28,460 nucleotides of DNA, taken from positions 1 through 28,460 of the forward strand of contig DATNCF010000365.1 of NCBI GenBank assembly GCA_035571675.1. The letters run 5' to 3'. Below the pieces are notes generated by a model. The model saw only the letters and a program-made list of their open reading frames with translations, was not told the DNA's origin and searched no databases. The position numbers were made by a program, and so were the translations under genes. The stretch is from Burkholderiales bacterium (GTDB lineage Bacteria > Pseudomonadota > Gammaproteobacteria > Burkholderiales > SG8-39). Positions within the stretch are counted from its first letter, which is position 1, and each line of letters starts with the position of its first letter. Below, one piece after another: positions 8,763-17,899 of the stretch.

Positions 8763-9365
8763 TCAAATCAGCAGCGGCACCACCGATCCCGCCAGCAACA
8801 ATCCCATCACCACGTTGAACCCGCGCTGAAACTTCGGCGCCGCCAGCAACCGGCGCGCCCCCATGCCGAAACCCAGCCAGACAAATCCGCATGGCAGCGT
8901 GACGATGAAGAACATCGCCGCGATCTGCAGCGCCTGCTGCAGCATGGGCTCGTCCGGACGCAGATAAGCGGCCGAGGCGCCGGTGCACACCAGCCACGCC
9001 TTCGGGTTCAACCACTGCAGCGCGAACGCTCCGGCAAATCCGGTGATGCGCCGCTCGCCCCGCGCATCTCCTCCTTGATCAATCGGCGCGCTGGCGATCT
9101 TCCAGGCCAGCCACAGCAGAAATGCCGCTCCGGCCCATTTGATGACGACGAGGAGCGTCGCGCGTCCGAGCACGATGGCGCCCAGCCCCATGGCCACGGC
9201 GAACAGCATGGCGGCCATGCCGGCGCCGACGCCCACCAGCGCGGGCAGGCCGCGCAGCATGCCTCCCGCTGCGCCGGTTGCGGTGAGCATCACATTGCTC
9301 GGCCCCGGCGTGACGGCCGCGACGAACGAGAAGCTGATGAATGCCGCGGCCTGCTCGACGGTCAT
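8763..9365 (-). CDS. LysE/RhtB family translocator
   Basis: 200 aa hydrophobic protein with AVTPGPSNVML, IKWAGAAFLLWLAWKI and LQWLNPKAW motifs. Confidence 0.93.
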   Translation of the reverse strand: MTVEQAAAFISFSFVAAVTPGPSNVMLTATGAAGGMLRGLPALVGVGAGMAAMLFAVAMGLGAIVLGRATLLVVIKWAGAAFLLWLAWKIASAPIDQGGDARGERRITGFAGAFALQWLNPKAWLVCTGASAAYLRPDEPMLQQALQIAAMFFIVTLPCGFVWLGFGMGARRLLAAPKFQRGFNVVMGLLLAGSVVPLLI

Positions 9366-9407
9366 GAGGAGCGTGGAACTCCCTCTCCGTTGCGAATCAG
9401 TGGCGGC

Positions 9408-11291
9408 TCAGGTGGGCTTTTTCTTTCGAGATGCGGGCTGCTTCTTCGCCGCTGTTGCGGCGGCGTCCGTTAGCCGGAAACTGACGTACGTGCCCGGCGC
9501 ATCCTCGATGACCTTCAGTCCGCCCTCCCCTGGCTTGCGCGCCGGCACTTTTTCGTCGCCGTTCAGGGCGCCCATCCACGCCTGCCAGTCCGGCCACCAC
9601 GAGCCGGTGTGCCACTCGGCTGCCTTCTGCCATTCCGCGGCCGATTCGGGCAGTTGCGGATTCGTCCAGTAACCGTACTTCTTCGCCGCCGGCGGGTTGA
9701 TGATGCCGGCGATGTGGCCCGAGCCGCCCAGCACGAATCTCACCTTGGCGTGTTCGACCAGCAGGCGCGCGCCTTTGTACGTGGACTTCCACGGCGCGAT
9801 GTGGTCTTCGGCCGTGGAAACGAAGTACGACGGCGTGGTGATTTTGCGCAGATCGATGGGCGTGCCGGCGAGCGAAATGCCGCACGGCTGGACCAGCGCG
9901 TTCTTCATGTACATGTTGCGCAGGTAGAAGCTGTGCATGCGCGCCGGCATGCGGGTGGAATCGGAGTTCCAGTACAAGAGGTCGAACGGAAACGGCTCCT
10001 TGCCCAGCAGGTAGTTGTTGATGACGAAGGACCAGATCAGGTCGTTGGCGCGCAGCATGTTGAAGGTGGTGGCCATTTCCGCCCCTTCCATGTAGCCGCC
10101 GCGCTCCTGCATCTTGCGCTCGATGTTGGTTATCTGCTCGTCGTCCACGAACACGCCCAGGTCGCCGGGCTCGGAGAAGTCGAGCATGGAGACGAAATAC
10201 GTGGCGGTGGCGACGCGATCGTCCTTGTGTGCCGCCATGCGCGCCAGGGTGCCGGCGAGCAGCGTGCCGCCCAGGCAGTAGCCGATGGCGTTGACGCTCT
10301 TTTCGCCGGTGGCCTGCTCGATTGCGTCCAGCGCCGCGAGCGGGCCCTCCAGCATATAGTCGTCGAAGGTCTTGGCGGCGTGGCGCTCGTCGGGGTTCAC
10401 CCACGAGATCACGAACACCGTGTGGCCCTGTTCCAGCGCCCAGCGGATGAAGGAGTTTTCCGGGCGCAGGTCGAGGATGTAGTACTTGTTGATCCAGGGC
10501 GGGATGATGAGCAGCGGCCGGCGCGCCACCTCTTTGGTAAGCGGCTCGTACTGGATGAGCTGGGCGAGGTCGCTCTGGTGCACCACCTTGCCGGGGGTGG
10601 TGGCCACGTTGCCGCCCAGCTTGAAGGCCTTCTCGTCGGTCATGCGGATGCGCAGCTCGCCCTTGCCCCGCTCCAGGTCGGCGAGCAGGTTGTCCATGCC
10701 GCGGATGAGGTTCTGCCCGCCCGACTGCAGGGTCTCGCGCAGCACCTGCGGATTGGTGAGCGCGAAGTTGGAAGGCGCCACCGCGTCCAGGTACTGGCGG
10801 GTATAGAAGTCGATCTTGCGCCTTGAGTCGGCCGGCACGCCCTGCACCTGCGACACCGCGTCATGAATGTCGCGTGCCGCGATGAGGTAGGACTGCTTGA
10901 GGTAGTCGAACAGAAAGCGGTTCTGCCACTCCTCGTCCCGGAAGCGGTTGTCGCCCTGGACGGGCGCGGCCAGCGGCGCCACGGGCTGCCCCATGAGGCG
11001 CAGCAGCGAGTTGTTCCACAGCGCGGTGTAATCCCAGAACATTTTCATCTGGGATTCGATGACGGGCCAGGGATTGGCCAGCGCGGCCGCCCACAAGTCC
11101 ATGAAAGCCTTGGCTATGCCTAACTCGTCCTTGGGGGCCTCTACTTTCAGGCCTTCTTTGGCCTGGCGCTCCAGGTATTGCTGAAGAAGCTTGCTGGCGT
11201 GGGTGCTGACCTCGGCGAAGATTTTCGCCATAGCCTGGGAATCGGGGAGCGCGTTATTTTCGAGCGACTTGTCCGGGGTAGGCTTGTTCAC
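9408..11291 (-). CDS. phaC: Class I poly(3-hydroxyalkanoate) synthase
   Basis: DNRFRDEEW, APSNFALTNP, TPGKVV, PPWINKYYILDL, lipase box GYCLGG, EDHIAPW and GSGHIAGIINPP. Start placed at GTG 11291 behind GGAGGAG; ATG 11231 is an alternative. Confidence 0.96.
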   Translation of the reverse strand: MNKPTPDKSLENNALPDSQAMAKIFAEVSTHASKLLQQYLERQAKEGLKVEAPKDELGIAKAFMDLWAAALANPWPVIESQMKMFWDYTALWNNSLLRLMGQPVAPLAAPVQGDNRFRDEEWQNRFLFDYLKQSYLIAARDIHDAVSQVQGVPADSRRKIDFYTRQYLDAVAPSNFALTNPQVLRETLQSGGQNLIRGMDNLLADLERGKGELRIRMTDEKAFKLGGNVATTPGKVVHQSDLAQLIQYEPLTKEVARRPLLIIPPWINKYYILDLRPENSFIRWALEQGHTVFVISWVNPDERHAAKTFDDYMLEGPLAALDAIEQATGEKSVNAIGYCLGGTLLAGTLARMAAHKDDRVATATYFVSMLDFSEPGDLGVFVDDEQITNIERKMQERGGYMEGAEMATTFNMLRANDLIWSFVINNYLLGKEPFPFDLLYWNSDSTRMPARMHSFYLRNMYMKNALVQPCGISLAGTPIDLRKITTPSYFVSTAEDHIAPWKSTYKGARLLVEHAKVRFVLGGSGHIAGIINPPAAKKYGYWTNPQLPESAAEWQKAAEWHTGSWWPDWQAWMGALNGDEKVPARKPGEGGLKVIEDAPGTYVSFRLTDAAATAAKKQPASRKKKPT

Positions 11292-11329
11292 CGCTCCTCC
11301 GAATACCAACCAAAATTGCTTACTAATCT

Positions 11330-11440
11330 TCTCGTAATCCCCATCCCCGGCCCTTCCCCAATGGGGAAGGGAGCAAAAACCCGGCACCCTGCGCTCCCCT
11401 CGCCCACAGGGAGAGGGGCTGGGGGAGAGGGGCTACGAGA
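11330..11440. repeat. BoxC-like double-hairpin intergenic repeat, copy 1
   Basis: Pyrimidine-rich left arm and purine-rich right arm, internal hairpins CTTCCCCA-A-TGGGGAAG and CCTCGCCC-ACA-GGGAGAGG, and terminal inverted repeat TCTCGTA (11330-11336)/TACGAGA (11434-11440). Confidence 0.8.
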
Positions 11441-11469
11441 TAATCTATAACACCGAAAACCAGTAATTT

Positions 11470-12540
11470 TTATAGCGCCTGAAAGCGGATTATTCCGTCC
11501 GAACCCACTTCCCGTTTCAGCTTGCCTTCATGCATCAGGTAATGCAAATGGGCCAATGCCTCCCCCATTGCGATGCCGCTCTGGTGAGCATCCAATTCAC
11601 GGTGGAATAGCGTGGGCAGGATATCTGAAGCGGATTTGGGCGTTGCGCAGTCCTTTAGCAACTCTGCCAGCCGCTCCTCATGGTGGTTGCGGATGAAGGC
11701 CAGGCGCGGGCGCAGGCCGCGGAAGGGCAGGCCGTGCGACGGCAAGACCAGGGTTTCTTCGGGCAGCCGGGAATGGCGGTCGAGCGAGCGGAACCACAGG
11801 CCCATGGGATTGCCGTTGGGCTCGGTGGCCTGCACGCTGACGTTGGTGGTGATGCGCGGCAGCACCATGTCGCCCGCGATGAGCACGCCCAGTTCCTCGC
11901 AGTGCAGGGCCGAGTGCTCGGGCGAGTGGCCGTAGCCGGGGATGATGGTCCAGCGGTGATTGCCGATCACCACCTGTTCGTCGCCCAGCAGGCGCCGGAA
12001 GCTGTCCGGGAACTGCCGCACGTTGACGCGGTAGCTGTTGCGCAACAGCAGCATCTGGTCGAGGATTTTCTTGGGCAGGCCGTTCTCGCGGTACATCTCG
12101 AGCAGGCGGGTGGGTTCGTGGCTGGCCACTTCCGAGTACACCGAGTGAGCGGCGTAGAATTCGCCCTGCGACATCCACAACTCGATCTTGAGCTTGTCGG
12201 CCAGCCAGCCGGCCAGGCCGCAGTGGTCGTTGTGGTAGTGGGTGCAGATGAGGCGGCTGACCTTGCGGCCGGCGAACGAGCCTTGGAAAATGCGTTCCCA
12301 CAGCGCCGCGGTTTCGTCGTTGCGGAAGCCCGTGTCGACAATGGCGAACTGGTCGCCCTCATCGAGCAGCCACAGGTTGATGTGGTCCAGGCCGGCGAAG
12401 GGCAGGGGCATGCGCAGCCAGTGCACGCCGGGGGCGATTTCCTGGGTCACGCCGGGCGCCACGGGCTCGCTCACCACGTAGCGCGGGGAAGTGTCCGCGG
12501 CGGGTCTGGGTTCGGCCTTCGCGGGGGAGGTGCGGGTCAT
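11470..12540 (-). CDS. MBL-fold metallo-hydrolase
   Basis: WLRMPLPFAGLDHINLWL, VDTG, THYHNDHCG (HxHxDH), GHSPEH, IAGDMVLP and LPSHGLPF. Start at ATG 12540. Confidence 0.92.
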   Translation of the reverse strand: MTRTSPAKAEPRPAADTSPRYVVSEPVAPGVTQEIAPGVHWLRMPLPFAGLDHINLWLLDEGDQFAIVDTGFRNDETAALWERIFQGSFAGRKVSRLICTHYHNDHCGLAGWLADKLKIELWMSQGEFYAAHSVYSEVASHEPTRLLEMYRENGLPKKILDQMLLLRNSYRVNVRQFPDSFRRLLGDEQVVIGNHRWTIIPGYGHSPEHSALHCEELGVLIAGDMVLPRITTNVSVQATEPNGNPMGLWFRSLDRHSRLPEETLVLPSHGLPFRGLRPRLAFIRNHHEERLAELLKDCATPKSASDILPTLFHRELDAHQSGIAMGEALAHLHYLMHEGKLKREVGSDGIIRFQAL

Positions 12541-12662
12541 AGCGTGCTTTCGGTCCAAGAGACATGTGCACCGCGTTAAAACCACATCGCGGGTGTGCCG
12601 GGTCATTTTCGCAGATAATGTGCGCCATCGCATTTTCAACCCCTTCCCGAACCCTGCCGCGC

Positions 12663-13076
12663 ATGTCCGGCGACGAAAAAACCACCTTCAGCATCACCGA
12701 CCTGTCGCGCGAGTTCGACGTGACGCCGCGCGCCATCCGCTTTTACGAGGCGCAGGGGCTGCTCACCCCGCGGCGGGAGGGCAGCCGGCGCATCTACGCC
12801 AAGCGCGACTACGTGCGGTTGAAGCTCATCCTGCGCGCCAAGCGCCTGGGCCTGTCCCTGGCGGAAGTGGGGGAAATGTTCGAGGCCTACGACACGGCCC
12901 ATGACGAGCGCCGCCAGCTCATGCAGTTCGTGGCCTCGCTGGCCAAGCGCCGCGAGCAATTGGAGCAGCAGCGCGCCGAGATCGACCAGGTGCTGGCGGA
13001 AATTCAGACCTTCGAGGCCCAGAGCCGCAAGCTGCTGGCCGGCCGCGAGCGGCGCGCCCCGCGCAAGGCTGCCTGA
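12663..13076 (+). CDS. liuR: MerR-family regulator, LiuR type
   Basis: FSITDLSREFDVTPRAIRFYEAQGLLTPRREGSRRIY…RLKLILRAKRLGLSLAE plus a C-terminal coiled coil. It precedes a branched-chain acyl-CoA cluster and a LiuR-like operator. Start at ATG 12663. Confidence 0.85.
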   Translation: MSGDEKTTFSITDLSREFDVTPRAIRFYEAQGLLTPRREGSRRIYAKRDYVRLKLILRAKRLGLSLAEVGEMFEAYDTAHDERRQLMQFVASLAKRREQLEQQRAEIDQVLAEIQTFEAQSRKLLAGRERRAPRKAA

Positions 13077-13107
13077 GCGGACAATTCTCCACGAATAGTC
13101 GGTCAAG

Positions 13108-13136
13108 TTGACGCTTACGTAAACGTAAAGTATGCT
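13108..13136 (+). promoter_or_regulatory. sigma70 promoter (TTGACG-17 bp-TATGCT) with LiuR-type operator TTACGT-AA-ACGTAA in the spacer
   Basis: TTGACG 13108-13113, CTTACGTAAACGTAAAG 13114-13130 and TATGCT 13131-13136. The palindrome matches the known LiuR motif (TTTACGT-N2-ACGTAAA-like). Confidence 0.8.
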
Positions 13137-13305
13137 TAACAGCTGTTCAAATCGGGGTCAATGTGCGCGGAACTGTCGGCGCCCGCCTTAAGCGGGATTT
13201 TCGGCTCGCGCCTCGGGCCGGAATTTCGGCTCATACTTGTCCCCGAACCCAGGTGAACCCATCCAATTTTTCATCCCCGCCGTCCAGGCCGTAAGGAGAA
13301 GCACC

Positions 13306-14505
13306 ATGCTGAACGATCCCGTCGTCATCGTATCCGCCGCCCGTACGCCCATGGGCGGTCTGCAGGGCGACCTGAAGGCCTTTAGCGCCACCGAACTGGG
13401 CGCCGCCGCCATACGCGCGGCGGTGGAACGCGCCGGCATCCGGCCCGACCAGGTTCAGGAAGTGCTGATGGGCTGCGTGCTGCCGGCCGGCCAGGGCCAG
13501 GCCCCGGCGCGCCAAGCCAGCCTGGGCGCCGGGCTGCCCCTCGGCACCGGCTGCACCACGGTGAACAAGATGTGCGGCTCGGCCATGAAGGCGGCCATGC
13601 TGGCCAACGACCTGATCGGCGTGGGCACCAACGACATCATGGTGGCGGGGGGCATGGAATCCATGACCAACGCGCCCTACCTGCTTCCCAAGGCGCGCGC
13701 CGGCTACCGCATGGGCCACCAGCAGGTGCTGGACCACATGATGCTGGACGGGCTGGAGGACGCCTACGCCAGGGATGAGTCGGGCGGCGGCCGCTCCATG
13801 GGGACCTTCGCCGAGGATTGCGCGGCGCGCTACAACTTCACCCGCGCCGAACAGGACAAGTTCGCCATCGCCTCGCTGGAGCGCGCCCAGAAGGCCAACA
13901 AGGAAGGCTGGTTCGCCTGGGAAATCGCGCCAATGGCCATCAAGACCGGCAAGGACGAGCGCTTCATGGAAATGGACGAGCAGCCCTTCAAGGCGAAGTT
14001 CGACAAGATTCCCCTGCTGAAGCCCGCCTTCCGCGCCGGCGGCACGGTCACCGCCGCCAATTCCTCTTCCATTTCCGACGGGGCGGCTGCGCTGGTGATG
14101 ATGCGCCGTTCCGTGGCGGAAAAATTGGGCCTCAAGCCGCTGGCCGTCATTGTCGGCCACAGCACGCATGCGCAGGAGCCGGGCTGGTTCACGACCGCGC
14201 CGGTAGGCGCGATGCAGAAGCTGTTCGACAAAACGGGTTGGACTGCTGACAAAGTGGATTTTTATGAGATCAACGAGGCGTTTGCGGTAGTAACCTTGGC
14301 TGCAATGCGCGAGCACAAATTGCCGCACGAGAAGGTGAACGTGCATGGCGGGGCTTGCGCGCTTGGACACCCCATCGGCGCCTCCGGCGCCCGCATCATC
14401 GTGACGCTGCTGGGCGCGCTGCGCAAGTACGGCGGCAAGCGCGGCGTGGCGAGCCTGTGCATCGGCGGCGGCGAAGCAACTGCGATGGCCATTGAGTTGG
14501 TTTAA
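13306..14505 (+). CDS. Acetyl-CoA C-acyltransferase (thiolase)
   Basis: AAGGAG RBS, ARTPMGG, VNKMCGSAM, AGGMESM, NSSSISDGAAA, EINEAFA, GHPIGASGARI and CIGGGEA. Confidence 0.96.
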   Translation: MLNDPVVIVSAARTPMGGLQGDLKAFSATELGAAAIRAAVERAGIRPDQVQEVLMGCVLPAGQGQAPARQASLGAGLPLGTGCTTVNKMCGSAMKAAMLANDLIGVGTNDIMVAGGMESMTNAPYLLPKARAGYRMGHQQVLDHMMLDGLEDAYARDESGGGRSMGTFAEDCAARYNFTRAEQDKFAIASLERAQKANKEGWFAWEIAPMAIKTGKDERFMEMDEQPFKAKFDKIPLLKPAFRAGGTVTAANSSSISDGAAALVMMRRSVAEKLGLKPLAVIVGHSTHAQEPGWFTTAPVGAMQKLFDKTGWTADKVDFYEINEAFAVVTLAAMREHKLPHEKVNVHGGACALGHPIGASGARIIVTLLGALRKYGGKRGVASLCIGGGEATAMAIELV

Positions 14506-14541
14506 TCTGCTGTATTGTTTTTAAGCAACTTCAAGGGGTCG

Positions 14542-14640
14542 CCCCATTCCCGCCCCTTCCCCCAGGGGAAGGGAGCAAACCCCGGCGCTCCGGACTCCCC
14601 TCTCCCGCCGGGAGAGGGGCCGGGCAGAGGGTAACGAGAA
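14542..14640. repeat. BoxC-like double-hairpin intergenic repeat, copy 2
   Basis: CCCCATTCCCGCCCCTTCCCCCAGGGGAAGGGAGCAAACCCCGG…CTCCCCTCTCCCGCCGGGAGAGGGGCCGGGCAGAGGGTAACGAGA, closely similar to copy 1. Confidence 0.8.
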
Positions 14641-14674
14641 ACATCACCTCTAAAAAACTGCCCTTACTGCTCCC

Positions 14675-15811
14675 ATGTTGCTGACCCACGAACAAGAATT
14701 ATTGCGCGATTCCATTCGCGATTTCGCCAGGGAGCAACTCGTACCGAATTCCCCTGCCTGGGACCGCGACAACACTTTTCCCAAAGACGCGCTCAGGTCC
14801 ATGGCGGAAATGGGCCTGTTCGGCATCACCGTGCCGGAGAAGTACGAAGGCGCCGGCATGGATTACCTGTCGTTGGCCGTCGCCATCGAGGAAATCGCCG
14901 CCGGCGACGGCGCCTGCTCCACCATCATCTCGGTGAACAACTCGGTGGTGTGCGGCCCGCTGCTCGCCTTCGGCAACGAGGGTCAGAAGGAGAAATTCCT
15001 CAAGCCCGTGGCCAGCGGTCGCCAGCTCGGCGCCTTCTGCCTCACCGAGCCGCACGTGGGCTCGGACGCCGCCGCCATCAAGACCATGGCACGGCTCGAG
15101 AACGGCCAGTGGGTGCTGAACGGCGTCAAGCAGTTCATCACCTCGGGCAAGAACGCCGACGTGGCGATTGTGTTCGCGGTGACCGACGCGAACGCGGGCA
15201 AGAAGGGCATCAGCGGGTTCATCGTGCCCACCTCGACGCCGGGCTACAGGGTGGCCAGCCTGGAAAAAAAGCTAGGGCAGCACGCTTCGGATACGGCGCA
15301 GATCGTGTTCGAAAACTGCAAGGTGCCCGAAGAGAATCTGCTGGGGCAGCAGGGTGAAGGGTACCGGATTGCTTTGGCCAATTTGGAAGGCGGGCGCATC
15401 GGCATTGCCGCGCAGTGCATCGGCATGGCGCGCTCGGCGTTTGAGGCGGCACTGGACTACGCCAAGCAGCGCGAATCCTTCGGCAAACCGATTATTGAGC
15501 ACCAGGCAGTCAATTTTCGCTTAGCCGACATGGCAACGCGGATCGAAGTTGCCCGGCAAATGGTTTGGCATGCGGCAACGCTTAAAGATGCGCAGAAGCC
15601 TTGCCTCAAGGAAGCATCCATGGCGAAATTGTTCGCCAGCGAGATGGCGGAATCGGTTTGCTCCGATGCGATTCAGATCCATGGCGGATACGGGTATGTG
15701 AACGACTTTCCCGTGGAGCGGATTTATCGCGATGTGCGGGTTTGCCAGATTTACGAGGGTGCAAGCGATATACAAAGGCTGGTAATCGGGCGCGCCATTG
15801 CAAGCGAATAA
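14675..15811 (+). CDS. Acyl-CoA dehydrogenase (short/branched-chain type)
   Basis: FCLTEPHVGSDA, LNGVKQFITSG, GGRIGIAAQ, KQRESFGK, QIHGGYGY and IYEGASDIQR. Confidence 0.96.
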   Translation: MLLTHEQELLRDSIRDFAREQLVPNSPAWDRDNTFPKDALRSMAEMGLFGITVPEKYEGAGMDYLSLAVAIEEIAAGDGACSTIISVNNSVVCGPLLAFGNEGQKEKFLKPVASGRQLGAFCLTEPHVGSDAAAIKTMARLENGQWVLNGVKQFITSGKNADVAIVFAVTDANAGKKGISGFIVPTSTPGYRVASLEKKLGQHASDTAQIVFENCKVPEENLLGQQGEGYRIALANLEGGRIGIAAQCIGMARSAFEAALDYAKQRESFGKPIIEHQAVNFRLADMATRIEVARQMVWHAATLKDAQKPCLKEASMAKLFASEMAESVCSDAIQIHGGYGYVNDFPVERIYRDVRVCQIYEGASDIQRLVIGRAIASE

Positions 15812-15834
15812 GTAGCTTCTGCTTTTGCACGAGG

Positions 15835-15853
15835 CCCCTCCCTCCGGGAGGGG
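15835..15853. repeat. Single-hairpin half copy of the BoxC-like repeat
   Basis: CCCCTCCC-TCC-GGGAGGGG, a perfect 8-bp stem between the acyl-CoA dehydrogenase and the next gene. Confidence 0.55.
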
Positions 15854-15875
15854 GGATTTTCGGAGAAAAAAATCC

Positions 15876-16478
15876 ATGGCTAATCCTGTCGAGTTCTACT
15901 TCGATTTTTCCTCTCCCTACGGCTACTTCGCCAGTGAAAAAATCAACGCCCTGGCCGCCAAGCACAATCGCTCCGTGGCCTGGAAGCCCGTCCTGCTTGG
16001 CATAATTTTCAAGACCACGGGCATGGCCCCGCTGCCCACCATTCCCATCAAGGGCGACTATGCGGTGCGCGACTTCCCGCGCAGCGCGCGTTACTACGGC
16101 TTGCCCTTTCGCCACCCGGACAACTTTCCCATCAGCGGCGTGGCCGCCAGCCGCGCTTTCTACTGGCTGGATGGCCGCGATCCGGCCGCGGCGCAAAAAC
16201 TGGCTCAGGCGCTGTACCGCGCCTTCTTTGTCGACAACGTGGACATTTCCAACGCCGACAATGTGATTTCGGTAGCAGGAAAACTTGGGCTTGCGGCGGC
16301 CGAAGTGCAGGCGGGCATGAACGACGCCGCGGTAAAGGAGCGCCTGCGCGCCGAGGTCGCCGACGCTCAAACCAAGGGCGTGTTCGGGTCACCCTATTTC
16401 ATCCTGGATGGCGAGCCGTTTTGGGGCTCGGACCGGATGGACCAGGTGGACCGCTGGCTCGCCACCGGCGGCTGGTGA
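15876..16478 (+). CDS. 2-hydroxychromene-2-carboxylate isomerase / GST-kappa (DSBA-like thioredoxin fold)
   Basis: VEFYFDFSSPYGYFA, WKPVLLG, GVFGSPYFILDGEPFWGSDRM. Start at ATG 15876 after GGAG. Confidence 0.9.
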   Translation: MANPVEFYFDFSSPYGYFASEKINALAAKHNRSVAWKPVLLGIIFKTTGMAPLPTIPIKGDYAVRDFPRSARYYGLPFRHPDNFPISGVAASRAFYWLDGRDPAAAQKLAQALYRAFFVDNVDISNADNVISVAGKLGLAAAEVQAGMNDAAVKERLRAEVADAQTKGVFGSPYFILDGEPFWGSDRMDQVDRWLATGGW

Positions 16479-16483
16479 AATAG

Positions 16484-17071
16484 ATGGCTTTGCGCGCCCT
16501 GTGCGTGTTCTGCGGCGCGAGTTCCGGCAACCGTCCTGAATACGCCGCGGCGGCCGAGGCGCTGGGGCGCGCGCTGGCGGAACGAGGCATTGAGCTGGTA
16601 TTCGGCGGCGGCGGCATCGGCATGATGGGCACGCTGGCGCGCGCCGCGCTGGCCGCGGGCGCCAGGGTCACCGGGGTGATCCCGGAGGCGCTGCAAAAGC
16701 GCGAGCTGGCCCTGCCGGGCATGAGCGAACTGCACGTGGTGGGTTCCATGCACGAGCGCAAGGCGCTCATGGCCGAGCGCTCGGACGGTTTCGTGGCGCT
16801 GCCCGGTGGTTTCGGTACCCTGGAGGAGTTTTTCGAAGTGCTGACCTGGGCGCAACTCGGCTTCCACGCCAAGCCCGTGGCCCTGCTCGACGTGGGGGGG
16901 TTCTATGCGCCGCTCATGGCGGCCCTCCAGCACATGGAGCGCGAGGGCTATATCCGCCCGGGACAGATGGACCTCATACTGGTGGACAGCGACATCGGCC
17001 GGCTGCTCGGGCGCATGGACGGCTACCGGGCGCCGCCCGCGCCGCGGTGGATACACAAAGGCGAAACTTAG
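16484..17071 (+). CDS. LOG family nucleotide phosphoribohydrolase (TIGR00730-like)
   Basis: CVFCGASSG, LVFGGGGIGMMG, MHERKALM and the PGGFGTLEE signature. Confidence 0.95.
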   Translation: MALRALCVFCGASSGNRPEYAAAAEALGRALAERGIELVFGGGGIGMMGTLARAALAAGARVTGVIPEALQKRELALPGMSELHVVGSMHERKALMAERSDGFVALPGGFGTLEEFFEVLTWAQLGFHAKPVALLDVGGFYAPLMAALQHMEREGYIRPGQMDLILVDSDIGRLLGRMDGYRAPPAPRWIHKGET

Positions 17072-17082
17072 GGGCAAACCTC

Positions 17083-17883
17083 ATGACCCTCCCCACCTTC
17101 CAGACCCTGCAGATCGAGACGCGCGGCGGCGTGGCCACGCTGTGGTTCAACCGCCCCGACACGCGCAACGCTTTCAACGAGACCATGATTGCCGAGCTGT
17201 CGGCGGCCTTCGATGTCCTGGCCGCCGAAGCATCCGTTCGCGTGGTGGTGCTGGCCGGACGCGGCAGCGCCTTCTGTGCCGGCGCCGACCTGAACTGGAT
17301 GAAGAAAATGTCCACCTACAGCTACGAGCAGAACCTGGCCGACGCCACGGTGCTGGCCGACATGCTGTACAAGCTGTACAACCTCTCCAAACCCACGGTG
17401 GCGCGGGTGCATGGCCCGGCCTTCGCCGGCGGCATGGGCCTCGTTGCGGCCTGCGATATTGCCGTGGCCTCTACCGAGGCGCGCTTCAAGCTGTCGGAAG
17501 TGCTGATCGGCCTCACCCCGGCCACCATCAGTCCCTACGTGATGAACGCCCTGGGTGAGCGCCAATCGCGGCGCTACTTTCTCACCGCCGAGACCTTCGG
17601 CGCCGAGGACGCGCTCAAGAACGGCCTGGTGCACGAATGCGTGGCGCCCGAGCGCCTGGACGAGGCCGTGAACGGCTTCGTGAGCCAGCTTCTGGCCGGC
17701 GGTCCGGCGGCCCTGACCATGACCAAGAACCTGATGCGCGACATGGCGCGCGCGCCGCTGAACGAGGAACTGCGCGCCCTCAGCGCGCGCTACATCGCCG
17801 AGATCCGCGCCTCGGCCGAAGGCAAGGAAGGCATCCATTCCTTCCTGGAAAAGCGCAAGCCCGCCTGGGTCGCCGCAAAGTAG
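17083..17883 (+). CDS. liuC: Enoyl-CoA hydratase, probably methylglutaconyl-CoA hydratase
   Basis: [51 protein letters not shown] and [17 protein letters not shown]. It lies next to HMG-CoA lyase. Confidence 0.85.
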   Translation: MTLPTFQTLQIETRGGVATLWFNRPDTRNAFNETMIAELSAAFDVLAAEASVRVVVLAGRGSAFCAGADLNWMKKMSTYSYEQNLADATVLADMLYKLYNLSKPTVARVHGPAFAGGMGLVAACDIAVASTEARFKLSEVLIGLTPATISPYVMNALGERQSRRYFLTAETFGAEDALKNGLVHECVAPERLDEAVNGFVSQLLAGGPAALTMTKNLMRDMARAPLNEELRALSARYIAEIRASAEGKEGIHSFLEKRKPAWVAAK

Positions 17884-17899
17884 CCGGAAGGGAACGCAC

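Noticed and set aside
11292-11387. N-terminal extension of the phaC ORF (MPGFCSLPHWGRAGDG…)
   Set aside because: It is translated repeat copy 1. A GGAGGAG-GTG start at 11291 fits better.
15825-16478. Counting the DSBA-like protein as a fourth DsbA oxidase
   Set aside because: It has no CXXC (SSPYG instead) and no signal peptide. It belongs to the cytoplasmic HCCA isomerase/GST-kappa class.
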